Source: an uncultured Bdellovibrionales bacterium | GTDB lineage: Bacteria > Patescibacteriota > Minisyncoccia > Moranbacterales > DUUL01 | DNA length: 64,000 nucleotides | Direction of reading: 5' to 3' | NCBI GenBank assembly: GCA_964458715.1 | Contig: CAYWJP010000001.1 | Coordinates: 2,022-66,021, forward strand | Part shown: positions 29,467-39,914 of the stretch, in pieces | How the letters are laid out: the number at the start of each line of letters is the position of its first letter | Numbering within the stretch: the stretch's first letter is position 1 | Program-made: the position numbers and the translations under genes | Notes under the pieces: generated by a model | The model's input: the letters and a program-made list of their open reading frames with translations, nothing else | What the model was told of the DNA's origin: nothing | Database searches by the model: none

Positions 29467-29747
29467 AACAACTTTTTTATTATTTCAAAGGATTATCCAC
29501 CCAAGAAATAATTATTAATTTTATTAAACTTATTCTTTTTATTATAATCAGGAAACTATTTTAATATAGTATCCCTACAATAAAACATCATTAGAATATT
29601 ACCAGAAATTAGCTATTTGTCAAACAGACAAAGTGAGAAAGTCTATAAAGTTAAAAGTCAGAAAGTATTCGATACTTGTACTCTTGCACTTTTAAAAAGA
29701 TCTGTCTTTTTATACTTTATACTTAATACTTACAGCTTAATACTTTT

Positions 29748-31835
29748 TTAAACTTCTCCGTCCTTAATTTTCTGAGCAACACTAATTGGCACTTCCGAAT
29801 AATGATCAAATTCCATTGAATAATTAGCTCTTCCTTGAGTCATAGATCTTAACTGGGTGGAATATCCAAATAAAGAAGCTAACGGGACTTCAGCGTGAAT
29901 TATCTTATTTTTAATTCTCTCATCACCTTGATCTTCCATTTCTTTAATTTGCCCTCGTTTAGCGTTCAAATCTCCCACTACGTCTCCCATAAACTCTTCT
30001 GGAGTGATTACTTCAACTTTCATAATTGGTTCCAAAATCACAGGACCGGCATTCCGACAACCCTCCTTAAAAGCCATTGAACTAGCAATTTTAAAGGCCC
30101 CTTCAGATGAATCTACATCGTGAAAAGAACCATCGAAAACCGTGACCACAATATCAACCATTGGATAACCAGCCTGAACCCCTTTAGCTATAGCTCCTTC
30201 AACTCCTTTTTTAATAGCCGGAATATACTCGCTAGGAATAACCCCACCCTTAATTTCATTCTTAAATTCAAAACCAGCACCTTCTTCGGCAGGTTCAACT
30301 TTCAACCAACAATGACCATATTGACCTCGACCACCAGATTGTCTGATGTATTTCCCCTCGGCTTCGGCTGGTTTTCGAATAGTCTCTCGATAAGCTACTT
30401 GAGGTTGACCAATATTAGCTTCAACTTTAAATTCTCTACGCATCCGATCCACAATAATATCAAGATGTAATTCACCCATTCCGGAAATAATAGTCTGTGA
30501 AGTTTCTTCATCGGTCCGAACTGTAAAAGTCGGATCTTCTTCAGCCAATTTCTTCAAAGCAATCGCCATTTTTTCTTGATCAACTTTAGTTTTTGGTTCA
30601 ATCGAAATAGAGATAACTGTCTCAGGAAATTTAATATTTTCTAAAACAATTTGCTCTTTCTCATCACAAAGAGTATCGCCAGTAGTAGTATCTTTCATTC
30701 CTACTAAAGCTCCGATTCCGCCTGCGTAAATTTCTTCGATTTCTTCTCTATTATTAGCATGCATTTGAAGAATTCGTCCAATTCGTTCTTTCTTGCCTTT
30801 AGTAGAATTATGAACATAAGAACCGGCTTTTAATGTTCCAGAATAAACCCGGAAAAAAACTAATTGACCCACATAAGGATCAGTAGCCACCTTAAAGGCC
30901 AAAGCCGAGAAAGGTTCATCATCCAAAGCTTTTCGAGTAACTTTAACTTCTTCATTATCTACTTCGCAACCTTCTACATCAGAGATATCAGCTGGCGAAG
31001 GAAGGTAATCAACTACCGCATCTAAAACTTTCTGAACTCCTTTATTTTGAAGAGCGGTTCCAGTTAGAACTGGTTGAATTTCTCCAGTAATAGTTCCTTT
31101 TCGAAGAGCCCTTTTAATTTGTTCGTTAGTAACTTCCCCGCCTTCTAAATAAACCTCCAATAATTCATCATCTAATTCGGCTACTCTTTCAATCATTTTG
31201 TCTCTCCACTCTTGAGCTTTTTCTTTTAATTCTTCTGGAATTTCTTTTTCTTCTACCACTTCTCCCATATCGCCAGAAAAAATGTAAGCTTTCATTGTAA
31301 TTAAATCAATAATGCCTTGATGTTCGCCTTCTTCTCCGATTGGCAATTGAATCGCCACTGCATTCGAAGATAATCGAACATGAATAGACTCTAATGATCT
31401 TTCAAAACTAGCCCCATCTTTATCAATTTTATTAATAAAGCAGATTCTAGGCACTTTATATTTGTCTGCTTGTCGCCAAACAGTTTCAGATTGAGGCTCT
31501 ACTCCTTCTTTTCCATCAAAAATAACTACTCCACCGTCTAAGACTCGCAAAGCACGTTCTACTTCTACTGTAAAATCAACATGTCCTGGAGTATCAATAA
31601 TATTAATTTGATTTTCCTTCCAAAAGCAAGTAGTTGCAGCAGAAGTAATCGTAATTCCTCGTTCTCGTTCTTGCTCCATCCAATCCATAACAGCAGCTCC
31701 CTCATGAACTTCTCCGATTTTGTGAGAAATTCCAGTATAAAATAAAACTCTCTCAGTAACAGTAGTTTTACCAGCATCAATGTGAGCAATTATTCCAATG
31801 TTTCTATTTTTTTCAATAGGATATTTCCTAGCCAT
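29748..31835 (-). CDS. fusA: Elongation factor G
   Basis: [21 protein letters not shown] motifs and five-domain length (695 aa). Confidence 0.97.
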   Translation of the reverse strand: MARKYPIEKNRNIGIIAHIDAGKTTVTERVLFYTGISHKIGEVHEGAAVMDWMEQERERGITITSAATTCFWKENQINIIDTPGHVDFTVEVERALRVLDGGVVIFDGKEGVEPQSETVWRQADKYKVPRICFINKIDKDGASFERSLESIHVRLSSNAVAIQLPIGEEGEHQGIIDLITMKAYIFSGDMGEVVEEKEIPEELKEKAQEWRDKMIERVAELDDELLEVYLEGGEVTNEQIKRALRKGTITGEIQPVLTGTALQNKGVQKVLDAVVDYLPSPADISDVEGCEVDNEEVKVTRKALDDEPFSALAFKVATDPYVGQLVFFRVYSGTLKAGSYVHNSTKGKKERIGRILQMHANNREEIEEIYAGGIGALVGMKDTTTGDTLCDEKEQIVLENIKFPETVISISIEPKTKVDQEKMAIALKKLAEEDPTFTVRTDEETSQTIISGMGELHLDIIVDRMRREFKVEANIGQPQVAYRETIRKPAEAEGKYIRQSGGRGQYGHCWLKVEPAEEGAGFEFKNEIKGGVIPSEYIPAIKKGVEGAIAKGVQAGYPMVDIVVTVFDGSFHDVDSSEGAFKIASSMAFKEGCRNAGPVILEPIMKVEVITPEEFMGDVVGDLNAKRGQIKEMEDQGDERIKNKIIHAEVPLASLFGYSTQLRSMTQGRANYSMEFDHYSEVPISVAQKIKDGEV

Positions 31836-31970
31836 ATACTTAAAATTATATTTTATATACTTATATATTTTTTATAATGTAACTCATCTACCGATAGAAC
31901 CTGAATAAATTTAAAAAATTAAACAAAGCTTTTTATTTAGATCGTCTTTTAAATTAACCTCTTGAAAGCA

Positions 31971-32094
31971 ACAGAAATTAAATGTTTGAGTGCAGTTCGA
32001 GGCAAATTTTCAATTGCGTATGAGATGTGCTGAAATGGCACGTTGAAAAGCAACTGAAAATTTAACAAAGAAATGTACCAAACATTTAATTTCT
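31971..32094 (+). repeat. Family-1 structured intergenic repeat, copy D (best preserved)
   Basis: Perfect 17-bp outer stem CAGAAATTAAATGTTTG/CAAACATTTAATTTCTG. Core TTTGAGTGCAGTTCGAGG…GCGTATGAGATG-GTGC..GCAC hairpin…AACAAAGAAATGTACCAAAC. Lies between the rpsG stop and the fusA 5' UTR. Confidence 0.8.
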
Positions 32095-32099
32095 GACAT

Positions 32100-32567
32100 T
32101 TAGGCGAAGTGGGCAAAAGCTTTATTGGCCTCAGCCATTCGATGTGTATCTTCTCGTTTTTTCATAGCTGCTCCTTTTTTCTCAGCCGCATCCATCAATT
32201 CATCAGCTAATCGAATTGCCATTTTTTTTCCTTTTTTATTTTTGATAGAATCTTTAATCCAACGCATAGCTAAAGTAGTTCTTTTAATGCCAATAACCGG
32301 AACTGGAACCTGGTAATTAGCGCCACCGATTCTTCGTCCTTTTAATTCCATCAAAGGAGAAACATTTTTAATAGCTTGTTCAAAAACATTTAAACCGCCC
32401 CGATTAGTTCTTTTATGAATTTCATCAAAAGCATCATAAATGATTTTTTCAGCAACCGTTCTTTTTCCTTTTACTAATAAGTGGCCCACGAATCGACCTA
32501 CTAAAAGTGAATCATAAACAGAATCTGGCAGCCAATTTTTTTTGTAAATTTTATTCTTTCTGGACAT
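32100..32567 (-). CDS. rpsG: 30S ribosomal protein S7
   Basis: The S7 fold begins at MSRKNKIYKK...PDSVYDSLLV. The track ORF begins at an upstream GTG; the internal ATG at 32567 is preferred. Confidence 0.9.
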   Translation of the reverse strand: MSRKNKIYKKNWLPDSVYDSLLVGRFVGHLLVKGKRTVAEKIIYDAFDEIHKRTNRGGLNVFEQAIKNVSPLMELKGRRIGGANYQVPVPVIGIKRTTLAMRWIKDSIKNKKGKKMAIRLADELMDAAEKKGAAMKKREDTHRMAEANKAFAHFA

Positions 32568-32690
32568 GTTATTTAAATTTCTTAATATAATTTCTTGTTT
32601 ATAAATAAACACTCAACAACTAACATTCAACCTCCATTCAACTCTCAACTTCAAAACATTCAACTCCAGCAAAACTCATATTACGCAATA

Positions 32691-32813
32691 CAGAAATTAA
32701 ATATTCGAGTGCAGTTCGAGGCGAAATTAAAAATTTTATTGAGACGCACTAAATTGGTGCGGCGAAATAGAATTTTTGATTTCAACAAAGAAATGTACCG
32801 AATAGTTAATTTT
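32691..32813 (+). repeat. Family-1 structured intergenic repeat, copy E
   Basis: Same 5' end CAGAAATTAAAT, but the stem is changed compensatorily (ATTCG/CGAAT versus GTTTG/CAAAC in copy D). Internal hairpin GCGCAC..GTGCG. Lies between the rpsL stop and rpsG. Confidence 0.8.
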
Positions 32814-32817
32814 AAAC

Positions 32818-33234
32818 CTATTGTTTTTTAGGACGTTTAGTTCCATACCTAGATCTACTCTTAATTCGATTTTCAACACCAGCCGCATCCAAAACACCCC
32901 GAACTACTTGGTATCGAACACCAGGAAGATCTGGAGTACGACCACCTCTGATTACTACAATTGAATGTTCTTGCAAATTGTGCCCAACTCCTGGAATATA
33001 AGCAGTAACTTCCTTTCCGTTAGTAAGTCTAACTCTAGCAATCTTCCGAAGAGCAGAGTTTGGTTTTTTAGGACTAGTTGTACCAATTTTTATACACACC
33101 CCTCGCTTAAAGCAAGACGGATAATAAACTGGTTTATTCTTGATAGAATTAAAACCAAAATCCAAAGCAGTGGTTTTAGATTTTTTGACTACTTTTTTTC
33201 TGGGATTTTTAATAAGCTGGTTAATGGTCGGCAC
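32818..33234 (-). CDS. rpsL: 30S ribosomal protein S12
   Basis: MPTINQLIK ... [10 protein letters not shown] signature. Confidence 0.95.
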   Translation of the reverse strand: MPTINQLIKNPRKKVVKKSKTTALDFGFNSIKNKPVYYPSCFKRGVCIKIGTTSPKKPNSALRKIARVRLTNGKEVTAYIPGVGHNLQEHSIVVIRGGRTPDLPGVRYQVVRGVLDAAGVENRIKSRSRYGTKRPKKQ

Positions 33235-33432
33235 GTTTTTTTTAAAATTAATGGTTTATAAATTTATAATCCTCAAAATTTTAGACAATTACTAACAAAA
33301 AGCCAAACAAAACAATATTGTCTAGCGACATATTAACTTTTTTTAATTCTACACAAAGAGAAGCGCTGTGTCAATACCTCTCCTAGAAATTATCTAGGAT
33401 TTCGCATTTCTCTAAAATGCTTAAATTATAAA

Positions 33433-33465
33433 CCTCGCTTACTCATTTCAATTCAGCGAAGCAGG
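33433..33465 (-). terminator. Candidate terminator hairpin downstream of ftsZ (end of the dcw operon)
   Basis: On the minus-strand RNA: CCUGCUUCGCUGAAUUGAAAUGAGUAAGCGAGG then UUUAUAAUUU. The stem needs a G-U pair that is only possible on the minus-strand transcript. Confidence 0.35.
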
Positions 33466-33554
33466 TTGACCGACAGAAAAAAACGAGTTGAAAGTCAAAA
33501 TGTATTGAAATATTCTAAAACTGAAACAAATTTTTATAAGACAATTTTTTGTCT

Positions 33555-34787
33555 TTATTTTCCCATTTTTTTTCTAATAAAAGCTGGGATCTCAATATCT
33601 TCGTCCATATCGTCTAATGGACTTTCGTCTTCTTTAAACAATTTAGAATCAAATTTGTCCTCTTTCTTTTTAAAATTATTTTCACTTCCGAAGTCATTCT
33701 TTGAATCAATTTCAGCTTCTACATCGTCCTCTAGAAAAGAAGATATCTCATTTTCTTTGAAGCTATTTTCTTCTTCAGAATCGCTCTCTTCTCCATCTGA
33801 ATTAAGAGCAAAATCTCCCTGTAAATCTCCGCTATTATCAAATCCAGTTGCTACGACGGTAATCTTGATTTCATCTTTTTTGATAGTTTCATCTGAAGTT
33901 GCTCCAAATATTATTCTAGCATTAGAATCAATATTTTCAGTGATAATTCCAGCAGCTTCATTAATCTCCATCATAGTTAAATCTAATCCACCAGTAATAT
34001 TAAATAAGATACCCTTGGCACCATCAATTGAAATATCCAAAAGAGGTGATTTAATGGCTTGTTTGGCTGCTTTTTGAGCTCGATCTTCTCCTGAAGCTAC
34101 TCCCACTCCCATCAAAGCTGAACCGCTATCTTGAATAACAGATTTAATATCAGCAAAATCAACATTGATAATTCCTGGCTTAGTAATTAAATCAGAAATA
34201 CCTTGTACGCCTTGTCTTAAAACATCATCAACAATTTTAAAAGCATTTAAAAGCGATGTTTGTCTATCTACAATTTGTAAAAGTTTATCATTTTGAACAG
34301 TAATTGAGGTATCTACTCGATCTCTAAGATTTTCCAAAGATTCTTCGGCAATGGCCATTCGTTGTTTTCCTTCAAAAGAAAAAGGTTTAGTGGCAACACC
34401 AACAGTTAAAGCTCCTGCTTCCCTAGCCGCTTCAGCCACCACTGGTCCAGCTCCCGATCCAGTCCCTCCTCCAGCTCCATAAACCACGAAAACCATATCG
34501 CAACCCTTAAAAGCTTCTTGAATTTCATCTCGATTTTCTTCAGCAGCTTGACGTCCCAATTCAGGATTCATTCCCGCTCCTAAACCTCGAGTTAAATTTT
34601 TTCCGATATGAATCTTTTCTCCAGCCGCACAAGCATGCAAATCTTGAGCATCGGTATTGATTGCAACAAAATCAACTCCGGTCAATTTACAATCAATCAT
34701 CCGGGTAATAGCATTGCCTCCAGAGCCACCAACTCCTGCAACTTTTATTTTTGCAAATGTTTCTACTTCCGGTTTTACTTCTGCCAT
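33555..34787 (-). CDS. ftsZ: Cell division GTPase FtsZ
   Basis: GVGGSGGNAI tubulin signature and T7 loop; acidic C-terminal tail. Confidence 0.95.
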   Translation of the reverse strand: MAEVKPEVETFAKIKVAGVGGSGGNAITRMIDCKLTGVDFVAINTDAQDLHACAAGEKIHIGKNLTRGLGAGMNPELGRQAAEENRDEIQEAFKGCDMVFVVYGAGGGTGSGAGPVVAEAAREAGALTVGVATKPFSFEGKQRMAIAEESLENLRDRVDTSITVQNDKLLQIVDRQTSLLNAFKIVDDVLRQGVQGISDLITKPGIINVDFADIKSVIQDSGSALMGVGVASGEDRAQKAAKQAIKSPLLDISIDGAKGILFNITGGLDLTMMEINEAAGIITENIDSNARIIFGATSDETIKKDEIKITVVATGFDNSGDLQGDFALNSDGEESDSEEENSFKENEISSFLEDDVEAEIDSKNDFGSENNFKKKEDKFDSKLFKEDESPLDDMDEDIEIPAFIRKKMGK

Positions 34788-34878
34788 TTGTATTTAAATT
34801 ACGTTTAATAAAAAAGACGTTATGTAATTCTATCAAGTTTTTAAAAAAAGTCAAATGTTAAATCTTTTTTTATCAAAA

Positions 34879-36132
34879 TTAGCTTCCTGGCAATAAATCT
34901 TTTAGCCATTTTTTAGCAATATTAAGTATTTCTATATATTTTTTTTGACTATTTTTGACTAAATAGGAAGAATTAATTGGTTGATCTTCCTCTTCCATTA
35001 TCCATAAAATCGCCCCTGCAGAAACAGAACAAGAAGGATCATCAACTTTATCAACCAATCCTGATAATCCGTTAGGAAAGCCAACTTGAGCAGGAAGTTT
35101 TAGATTTTCTTTAGCCAAATCAACCATTCCGTAAAGACAAGATCCGCCGCCAGTCAAGACTGCTCCAGCTGGTAACAAGGCCGATCGATTTATTTTATTA
35201 AGTTCTTTTTCAACTAATTGAAAAATTTCTTCAACTCGAGCTTCAATAATTTCCGCCACATGATGACGAGAAATAACGCCCTCTTCATCCGAACAAATAT
35301 TAGCTAAATTAATTTTTTCTTTTTTATCAATTTCTCCTGGAATGGCTGAGCCATATTTCAGTTTGGCTTTTTCAGCTACATCGATAGCTGTTCTCATTCC
35401 AATGGCGACATCATTGGTAATATGATTAGCGCCAATTGGTAATACTGATAAATAAACTAATTCTCTTTCTTCGAAAACTGCAATTGAGGTGGTTTCCCCT
35501 CCAATATCGATTGAAACAACCCCGAGTTCTCTTTGTCTTTTATTAAGAACTGCCTTAGAAGAAGCCAAGGGAGCCGCCACAAAACCGTTAAAATCAAGAT
35601 TAGCTCGATTAATACATTGAGCAATATTTCGAAGATAAGGAGTGAAACCAGCAATTACCACGCCTCTCATTTCCAATCTAACTCCGGTCATTCCCACTGG
35701 TTCCCGAATTCCTTTTTGATCATCTAGAGAAAAACTTTGAGGGATAGTGTGTAAAATTTCATAATTGTGATCAACGTTAATAGCCTGACTAGAATCTATA
35801 ACTCTCTCCACATCATCTTCGGTCACCTCACCATCAGCTTTACTAACTCCGATCACTCCTTTAGTGGGAATACATCTCAAATGACTGCCACCAACTGCTA
35901 CATAAACATCATCAACCTTAACGCCTGACATTCTTTCGGCTTTCTCTACTGAAAACTGAACTGATTTAGTTACATCTTCAAGATCGATTATAACACCCTT
36001 TCTCATTCCAGAAGATTCAGTTTTTCCAACCCCAACAACCCTAGGTTTTTCACCTGGAATTATTTCAGCAACTACAACTCTGACAAATGAAGAGCCAATG
36101 TCTAAAACTGTTATGTATTTTTGTTTAACCAT
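34879..36132 (-). CDS. ftsA: Cell division protein FtsA
   Basis: Actin-like ATPase (LDIGSSFVRVVVAE ... DIGGETT) adjacent to ftsZ. Confidence 0.9.
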   Translation of the reverse strand: MVKQKYITVLDIGSSFVRVVVAEIIPGEKPRVVGVGKTESSGMRKGVIIDLEDVTKSVQFSVEKAERMSGVKVDDVYVAVGGSHLRCIPTKGVIGVSKADGEVTEDDVERVIDSSQAINVDHNYEILHTIPQSFSLDDQKGIREPVGMTGVRLEMRGVVIAGFTPYLRNIAQCINRANLDFNGFVAAPLASSKAVLNKRQRELGVVSIDIGGETTSIAVFEERELVYLSVLPIGANHITNDVAIGMRTAIDVAEKAKLKYGSAIPGEIDKKEKINLANICSDEEGVISRHHVAEIIEARVEEIFQLVEKELNKINRSALLPAGAVLTGGGSCLYGMVDLAKENLKLPAQVGFPNGLSGLVDKVDDPSCSVSAGAILWIMEEEDQPINSSYLVKNSQKKYIEILNIAKKWLKDLLPGS

Positions 36133-36243
36133 TTTCTATAAAAAAATATAAACCAAAACTGACTTAATCGAGAATATCTCAATTTGTAGTTTCTCAATCT
36201 AAGTGTAGAACACTTTTGACAAATTCGGAACACTTCCATTAAA

Positions 36244-36624
36244 TTAATTCACTAAGCAATTGCCGTCACCTGAGACACTGCAATCTATTCTAAAAGTAGG
36301 ACTCGCGCTAGTACCACCGCACCAAGCGCTTAAAGTTCCAGTACTTGGATTAGTAGTGTAATAACTGCAGTCTCCCAATCCAGGATAATTGATAGCGCCA
36401 CAAAGGAGTCCTTCTCCTGTAGCAGTTGGTGCAGTAATAGATGCTCCAGTGATAAAACACTCTACCGCATAAGGCAAAACAGCATTCATAGACTCTAAAG
36501 CCCTTGCAGTCCTTGCTTTCTCCCTTTGACCAGAAACGCCCACTAAAATAGTTCCAGCTAAAATTCCAATAATAGCCATGACTAAAAGTAACTCAATTAA
36601 AGTAAATCCTTTTTGTTTCTCCAT
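36244..36624 (-). CDS. Type IV pilin / pseudopilin-like protein
   Basis: Prepilin leader and N-methylation motif KGFTLIELLLVMAIIGILAG; C-terminal Cys pairs. Confidence 0.7.
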   Translation of the reverse strand: MEKQKGFTLIELLLVMAIIGILAGTILVGVSGQREKARTARALESMNAVLPYAVECFITGASITAPTATGEGLLCGAINYPGLGDCSYYTTNPSTGTLSAWCGGTSASPTFRIDCSVSGDGNCLVN

Positions 36625-36791
36625 TGTTTTTTTTATTTTTAAGATACTCTTTATTATATTATATTCTGTTTATTTTATAATACTACTTTTTAATAAATTT
36701 TGCAAAATATATTTTCGAAAGATTGTTTGAAAAGATCTTTTCTATCATAATTTTACATTTAATGAAAAAATTATGGTCAGAAAAAATCTTA

Positions 36792-38027
36792 TTAAATTCT
36801 CAAAACCTTCACTATTTCTTCTAGTTTTATTCCCCTAGAACCTTTAATTAATATTAAATCACCTGGTTGAATTAATTCTTTTATTAAATCTCTGGCTTCT
36901 AGCGAATTTCCAAAAACCATCACATTTTCTTGATTCTCGGAATTTTTTAAATAAGATTGAACTGCTTCTTCCATTTGATGCCCAATCGCAATAAAATAAT
37001 CTGGCCGAATTTGAGCAACTTTTTTTCCGATAAGTTTATGACTTTTTATTTCTTCCTCTCCTAGCTCCAACATGTCTCCTAAAATCAAAATCTTGCGAAC
37101 CGCTTTAACTTCTGTAACTAAATCCAAGGCTAAATTTAAACTAGCTGGAGCACTATTGTAAGTGTCATCAATGATTACTGAATTATTAATTCCTTTGGTT
37201 AAGCTCATCCGACCAGAACAAGATTTAAAATCTTTTAAAGTTTCAATCATTTCGATCAAATTCAAGTCAAAATATCTGCCTACTGCTAAAGCGGCCAAAA
37301 TTGAATAAACGCTTCCCTTTCCCACACAACTCTTTAAACGAACTGGCAAAACCTTATCTTGATAATTTAATTTGAAATTAAGACCATCAATTTTTTGAAT
37401 ATTTTCACTTATTTCTATTTTAGAAATAATATCTGTAGCTCTCATCTCCGCTTCGTTTTCCAGACCATAGCTAATAATATTTACAGAAAGTTTTTCTCCG
37501 ATATTCCGAATTGTTTTATTATCCCAATTGCAAATTGCTATTCCTTTTTCAAGAATACTTCTTAATAAATGTCCTTTCTCTGTCGCTAAAGCTTGCTTAG
37601 TTTTAAAATTTTCCAAATGAGAAATTCCAATATTAGTTAAAACCCCGACTGTTATTGGAATAAAATCACAAAAATATTTTATATCGCCCGGTTTATCAGC
37701 TCCCATCTCTAAAACTAAAATTTCTGGATAATTCTTATCAAAAAACAAAGCTTTAATCCAAAAATAAAGAACTCCCCAAACTTGTAGAATTTTATTTCTA
37801 CTATAATCCACTCGACAACCTAAAATAGTCAAAGCTACTCCAATTTCATTATTGTAATTTTTGGCGCTACTTCGAACTTTAAAATTAGAACTTAAGACCT
37901 TGTTAATAGCCTCTTTGGTGGTTGTTTTTCCGACACTTCCCGTAATAGCAATCACAATTGGATTTTGTTTTTTTAAAACCCCTTTAGCCATTAGCTTTAA
38001 GATGATTTGGATAATGCTAGCTTTCAT
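36792..38027 (-). CDS. murF: UDP-MurNAc-tripeptide--D-Ala-D-Ala ligase (MurF-like Mur ligase)
   Basis: IAITGSVGKTTTKE P-loop and MurF-like C-terminus (LILIKGSRGIKLEEIVKVL). Position between ftsI and ftsA/Z in the dcw cluster. Confidence 0.6.
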   Translation of the reverse strand: MKASIIQIILKLMAKGVLKKQNPIVIAITGSVGKTTTKEAINKVLSSNFKVRSSAKNYNNEIGVALTILGCRVDYSRNKILQVWGVLYFWIKALFFDKNYPEILVLEMGADKPGDIKYFCDFIPITVGVLTNIGISHLENFKTKQALATEKGHLLRSILEKGIAICNWDNKTIRNIGEKLSVNIISYGLENEAEMRATDIISKIEISENIQKIDGLNFKLNYQDKVLPVRLKSCVGKGSVYSILAALAVGRYFDLNLIEMIETLKDFKSCSGRMSLTKGINNSVIIDDTYNSAPASLNLALDLVTEVKAVRKILILGDMLELGEEEIKSHKLIGKKVAQIRPDYFIAIGHQMEEAVQSYLKNSENQENVMVFGNSLEARDLIKELIQPGDLILIKGSRGIKLEEIVKVLRI

Positions 38028-38048
38028 AATTTTAATTAAACTTAAATA

Positions 38049-39914
38049 TTAATCATTACTTTCATCTTTTTTTGGCTCTTTACTATTTTCTTCCTCAGAA
38101 ACAAGATTTAAATAATCATGAGATTTATTAAATTTTTCTAATTGCTCTTTAGTATATTCCTCAGTCGGCTTGATCCCATAATGTTCAAACAAGAATTTTG
38201 CCATCTCCCCAAAAACTGGACCAGCCGTGCTTTCTGCCCACTCAACATCTTTAGGATTATCGATTATCACTAACATGGCAAATTTAGCATTATCTACCGG
38301 TCCAAAGCCAGCAAAAGAACCAACGGTTGCACCCTCAACATAGCCTCCTTTTTCTTTATCTGAAATTTGAGCCGTTCCAGTTTTTCCTGCTACTCGATAG
38401 CCCGGAACTCCAGCCAATTTACCATGCCCATTAACAACATTACTTTCTAACATCAAATCAATTTTATTGGAAGTATCTCTGGAAATAACTTTTCTCACTA
38501 CCTCCCTTTCAATTTCCCTTTTTTGTCCGTTAGAATCAATTCTAGCTTGAATGATTTTAGGCTTAACTAATTCCCCCCCGTTAGCTAAAGCCGCATAAGC
38601 AGTAGCTAATTGAAGAGGAGTAACTGATATCCCTTGCCCAAAAGAAGCCGTATAATATTCAATATCTCGATTGGTTTTTAGATTAGAAATATTTCCATTC
38701 ATTTCACCAAATAATCCAATTCCCGTTTTCTTTCCAAATCCAAACTTCTCAACATATTCTAAAAATTTATTATTGCCTAATTTTTTTTCAATATGAATAA
38801 CTCCAGTATTAATAGATTTTTCTATTATTTCGGTCATAGTTTGTTTACCATAAACTTTTTCTTCCGAGTTTTTAATGGTATAACCAGAAATTTCAACCGA
38901 ACCCGTATCAATATAGGTGTCATTGACTTCAATAACTCCAGCGTCCAAACCAGCCGCCATTGTAAAAGCTTTAAAAACTGATCCACATTCATAAACATTA
39001 GCTAAATTTGAGTTCATATAAACACTGGCATCTTCCACTTCCGAAAAACTATTCAGATCAAAAGTCGGCTCTTGAGCCATGGCCAAAATATCGCCAGAGT
39101 AAGGATCTATTATAATAATTCGACCTCCATCGGCATCGTGTTTCTTAATCGCATTTTTCAAAGTCAATTCTGCCTTAAATTGAATAGCATAATTAATTGA
39201 TAAAATTAAATCACTTCCATTTTGAGCTGGACTTAATAATCGCTCTCCAATTGAAATCCATCGTTTACCCGCATCTTTTTCTTGTTTTAGCCAACCTTTC
39301 TTCCCTAACAATAAATCATTATAAGATTTCTCAATTCCATATAAACCAACTCTTTCATTTTTTCCATTATAACCCTCAAATCCAATTACTTGAGATGCCA
39401 AAGAATTGTTAGGATAATAACGCCAACTTTCACTTTCTAGTTGAATTCCGTCATTATCTAATTCTTTTATTTTTTTAATTTCTTCTTCGGATATTTTTCT
39501 TTTTAAAGGCTCATAGACGTCATCCTTTTTTGATAATTTTAAAAAAACAATTTCCCGTTCCATCCCTAAAATTTCGCTCACTTTATAGGACAAAACTTCC
39601 ACATCATCATTTTTAATATTATCAGGCACTGCATAAACAGTAAACATATCTCTATTAGTAGCTACTGGCAATAAACCACTTCCTTCACTCAAAAAAATTC
39701 CGCCTCTTTTGGGCTCCAAAGTCGACAGAGAGAAGTGTTGATTATCGGCTTGGGCCTTATAAAGATCATAGCCTTTAATCTGTAAAACATATAATCTAAA
39801 AAAAACTACCCCAAATAAAAATAAAAGCAGGACGGAAAGAAAGTTTATCCTGTTTCTAAAAATCTTTTCTCGATTGTCGTTATCACTTTCTCTCGTTTTA
39901 CTATTATTTACCAT
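38049..39914 (-). CDS. ftsI: Peptidoglycan D,D-transpeptidase (class B PBP, FtsI-like)
   Basis: N-terminal TM anchor and the SxxK (GSVFK), SxN and KTGT (GKTGTAQ) motifs. Confidence 0.8.
   Translation of the reverse strand: MVNNSKTRESDNDNREKIFRNRINFLSVLLLFLFGVVFFRLYVLQIKGYDLYKAQADNQHFSLSTLEPKRGGIFLSEGSGLLPVATNRDMFTVYAVPDNIKNDDVEVLSYKVSEILGMEREIVFLKLSKKDDVYEPLKRKISEEEIKKIKELDNDGIQLESESWRYYPNNSLASQVIGFEGYNGKNERVGLYGIEKSYNDLLLGKKGWLKQEKDAGKRWISIGERLLSPAQNGSDLILSINYAIQFKAELTLKNAIKKHDADGGRIIIIDPYSGDILAMAQEPTFDLNSFSEVEDASVYMNSNLANVYECGSVFKAFTMAAGLDAGVIEVNDTYIDTGSVEISGYTIKNSEEKVYGKQTMTEIIEKSINTGVIHIEKKLGNNKFLEYVEKFGFGKKTGIGLFGEMNGNISNLKTNRDIEYYTASFGQGISVTPLQLATAYAALANGGELVKPKIIQARIDSNGQKREIEREVVRKVISRDTSNKIDLMLESNVVNGHGKLAGVPGYRVAGKTGTAQISDKEKGGYVEGATVGSFAGFGPVDNAKFAMLVIIDNPKDVEWAESTAGPVFGEMAKFLFEHYGIKPTEEYTKEQLEKFNKSHDYLNLVSEEENSKEPKKDESND

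Noticed and set aside
29467-29747. GAGAAAGTC... in the fusA-tuf spacer as an RNase P P4 motif.
   Set aside because: Only a 7-nt resemblance (GAAAGTC). The spacer is 280 nt, too short, and it belongs to the recurring AAAGTTAGAAAGTCTATAAAGT motif family.
31971-32094. Family-1 repeat as integron attC sites, hammerhead ribozymes or tRNA-like elements.
   Set aside because: No GTTRRRY/RYYYAAC attC core and no integrase; the flanking genes are core housekeeping. The hammerhead CUGANGA...GAAA core is not conserved across copies. The GTTCGAGG block does not form a T-arm and there is no acceptor stem.
32568-32612. Longer N-terminal extension of S7 (track start at 32612).
   Set aside because: The track start is GTG and adds 15 non-conserved residues. 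The S7 family N-terminus aligns to the ATG at 32567.
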